Shown: piece by piece, positions 63,901-64,000 of the stretch | How the letters are laid out: each line of letters begins with the position of its first letter | How positions within the stretch are numbered: position 1 is the stretch's first letter | NCBI GenBank assembly: GCA_951406725.2 | Contig: OX597827.1 | Span: 63,364,001-63,428,000, forward strand | Direction of reading: 5' to 3' | Origin: Octopus vulgaris | Taxonomy: Eukaryota | DNA length: 64,000 nucleotides | The notes under the pieces: model-generated | Told to the model about the DNA's origin: nothing | Databases searched by the model: none | Seen by the model: the letters and a program-made list of their open reading frames with translations, nothing else | Made by a program: the position numbers and the translations under genes

Positions 63901-64000
63901 AGAGAAAAGAAATGCGAGACTGCATCTCGTCTAACAGCTGTTTCTGCTTCCAATGTTGTATGGTATTGCCATTGATATGCTGAAATATTTATCATATTTG

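Overview
AT-rich animal genomic DNA dominated by microsatellites and transposons. It is very probably an octopus or other coleoid cephalopod, inferred from the SINE families and repeat landscape. I found no credible host protein-coding exon; almost every ORF in the supplied track is a microsatellite or satellite artefact. Identifiable content: (1) many tRNA-headed modular SINEs with CORE-, V-, Meta- and Nin/Deu-like central domains; (2) a full-length but dead IR-DR Tc1 element (DD34E); (3) remnants of DD37D/maT, mariner, pogo/Tigger, CR1-like, RTE-BovB-like, R4/Dong-like RLE and Penelope elements; (4) a clean non-autonomous Helitron and hAT/piggyBac-type MITEs; (5) tandem arrays with 22, 29, 32, 39, 184, 370 and 1055 bp periods. 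The most interesting signals are: a NANTATTAC nonamer in a degenerate hairpin directly in front of a circovirus/nanovirus-like Rep N-terminus (FTLNNY), inside a head-to-tail 1055-bp unit; several type I hammerhead ribozyme motifs, one in a ~352-nt terminally redundant retrozyme/Penelope-like unit; a full-length U6 snRNA copy and a tRNA-Met-like copy, each fused to the same LINE-derived 3' tail the local SINEs use; a cluster of AAAGGTCA nuclear-receptor sites; and a TATA/CCAAT core-promoter candidate on the minus strand near 49.8 kb. All calls were made by eye, with no database search.
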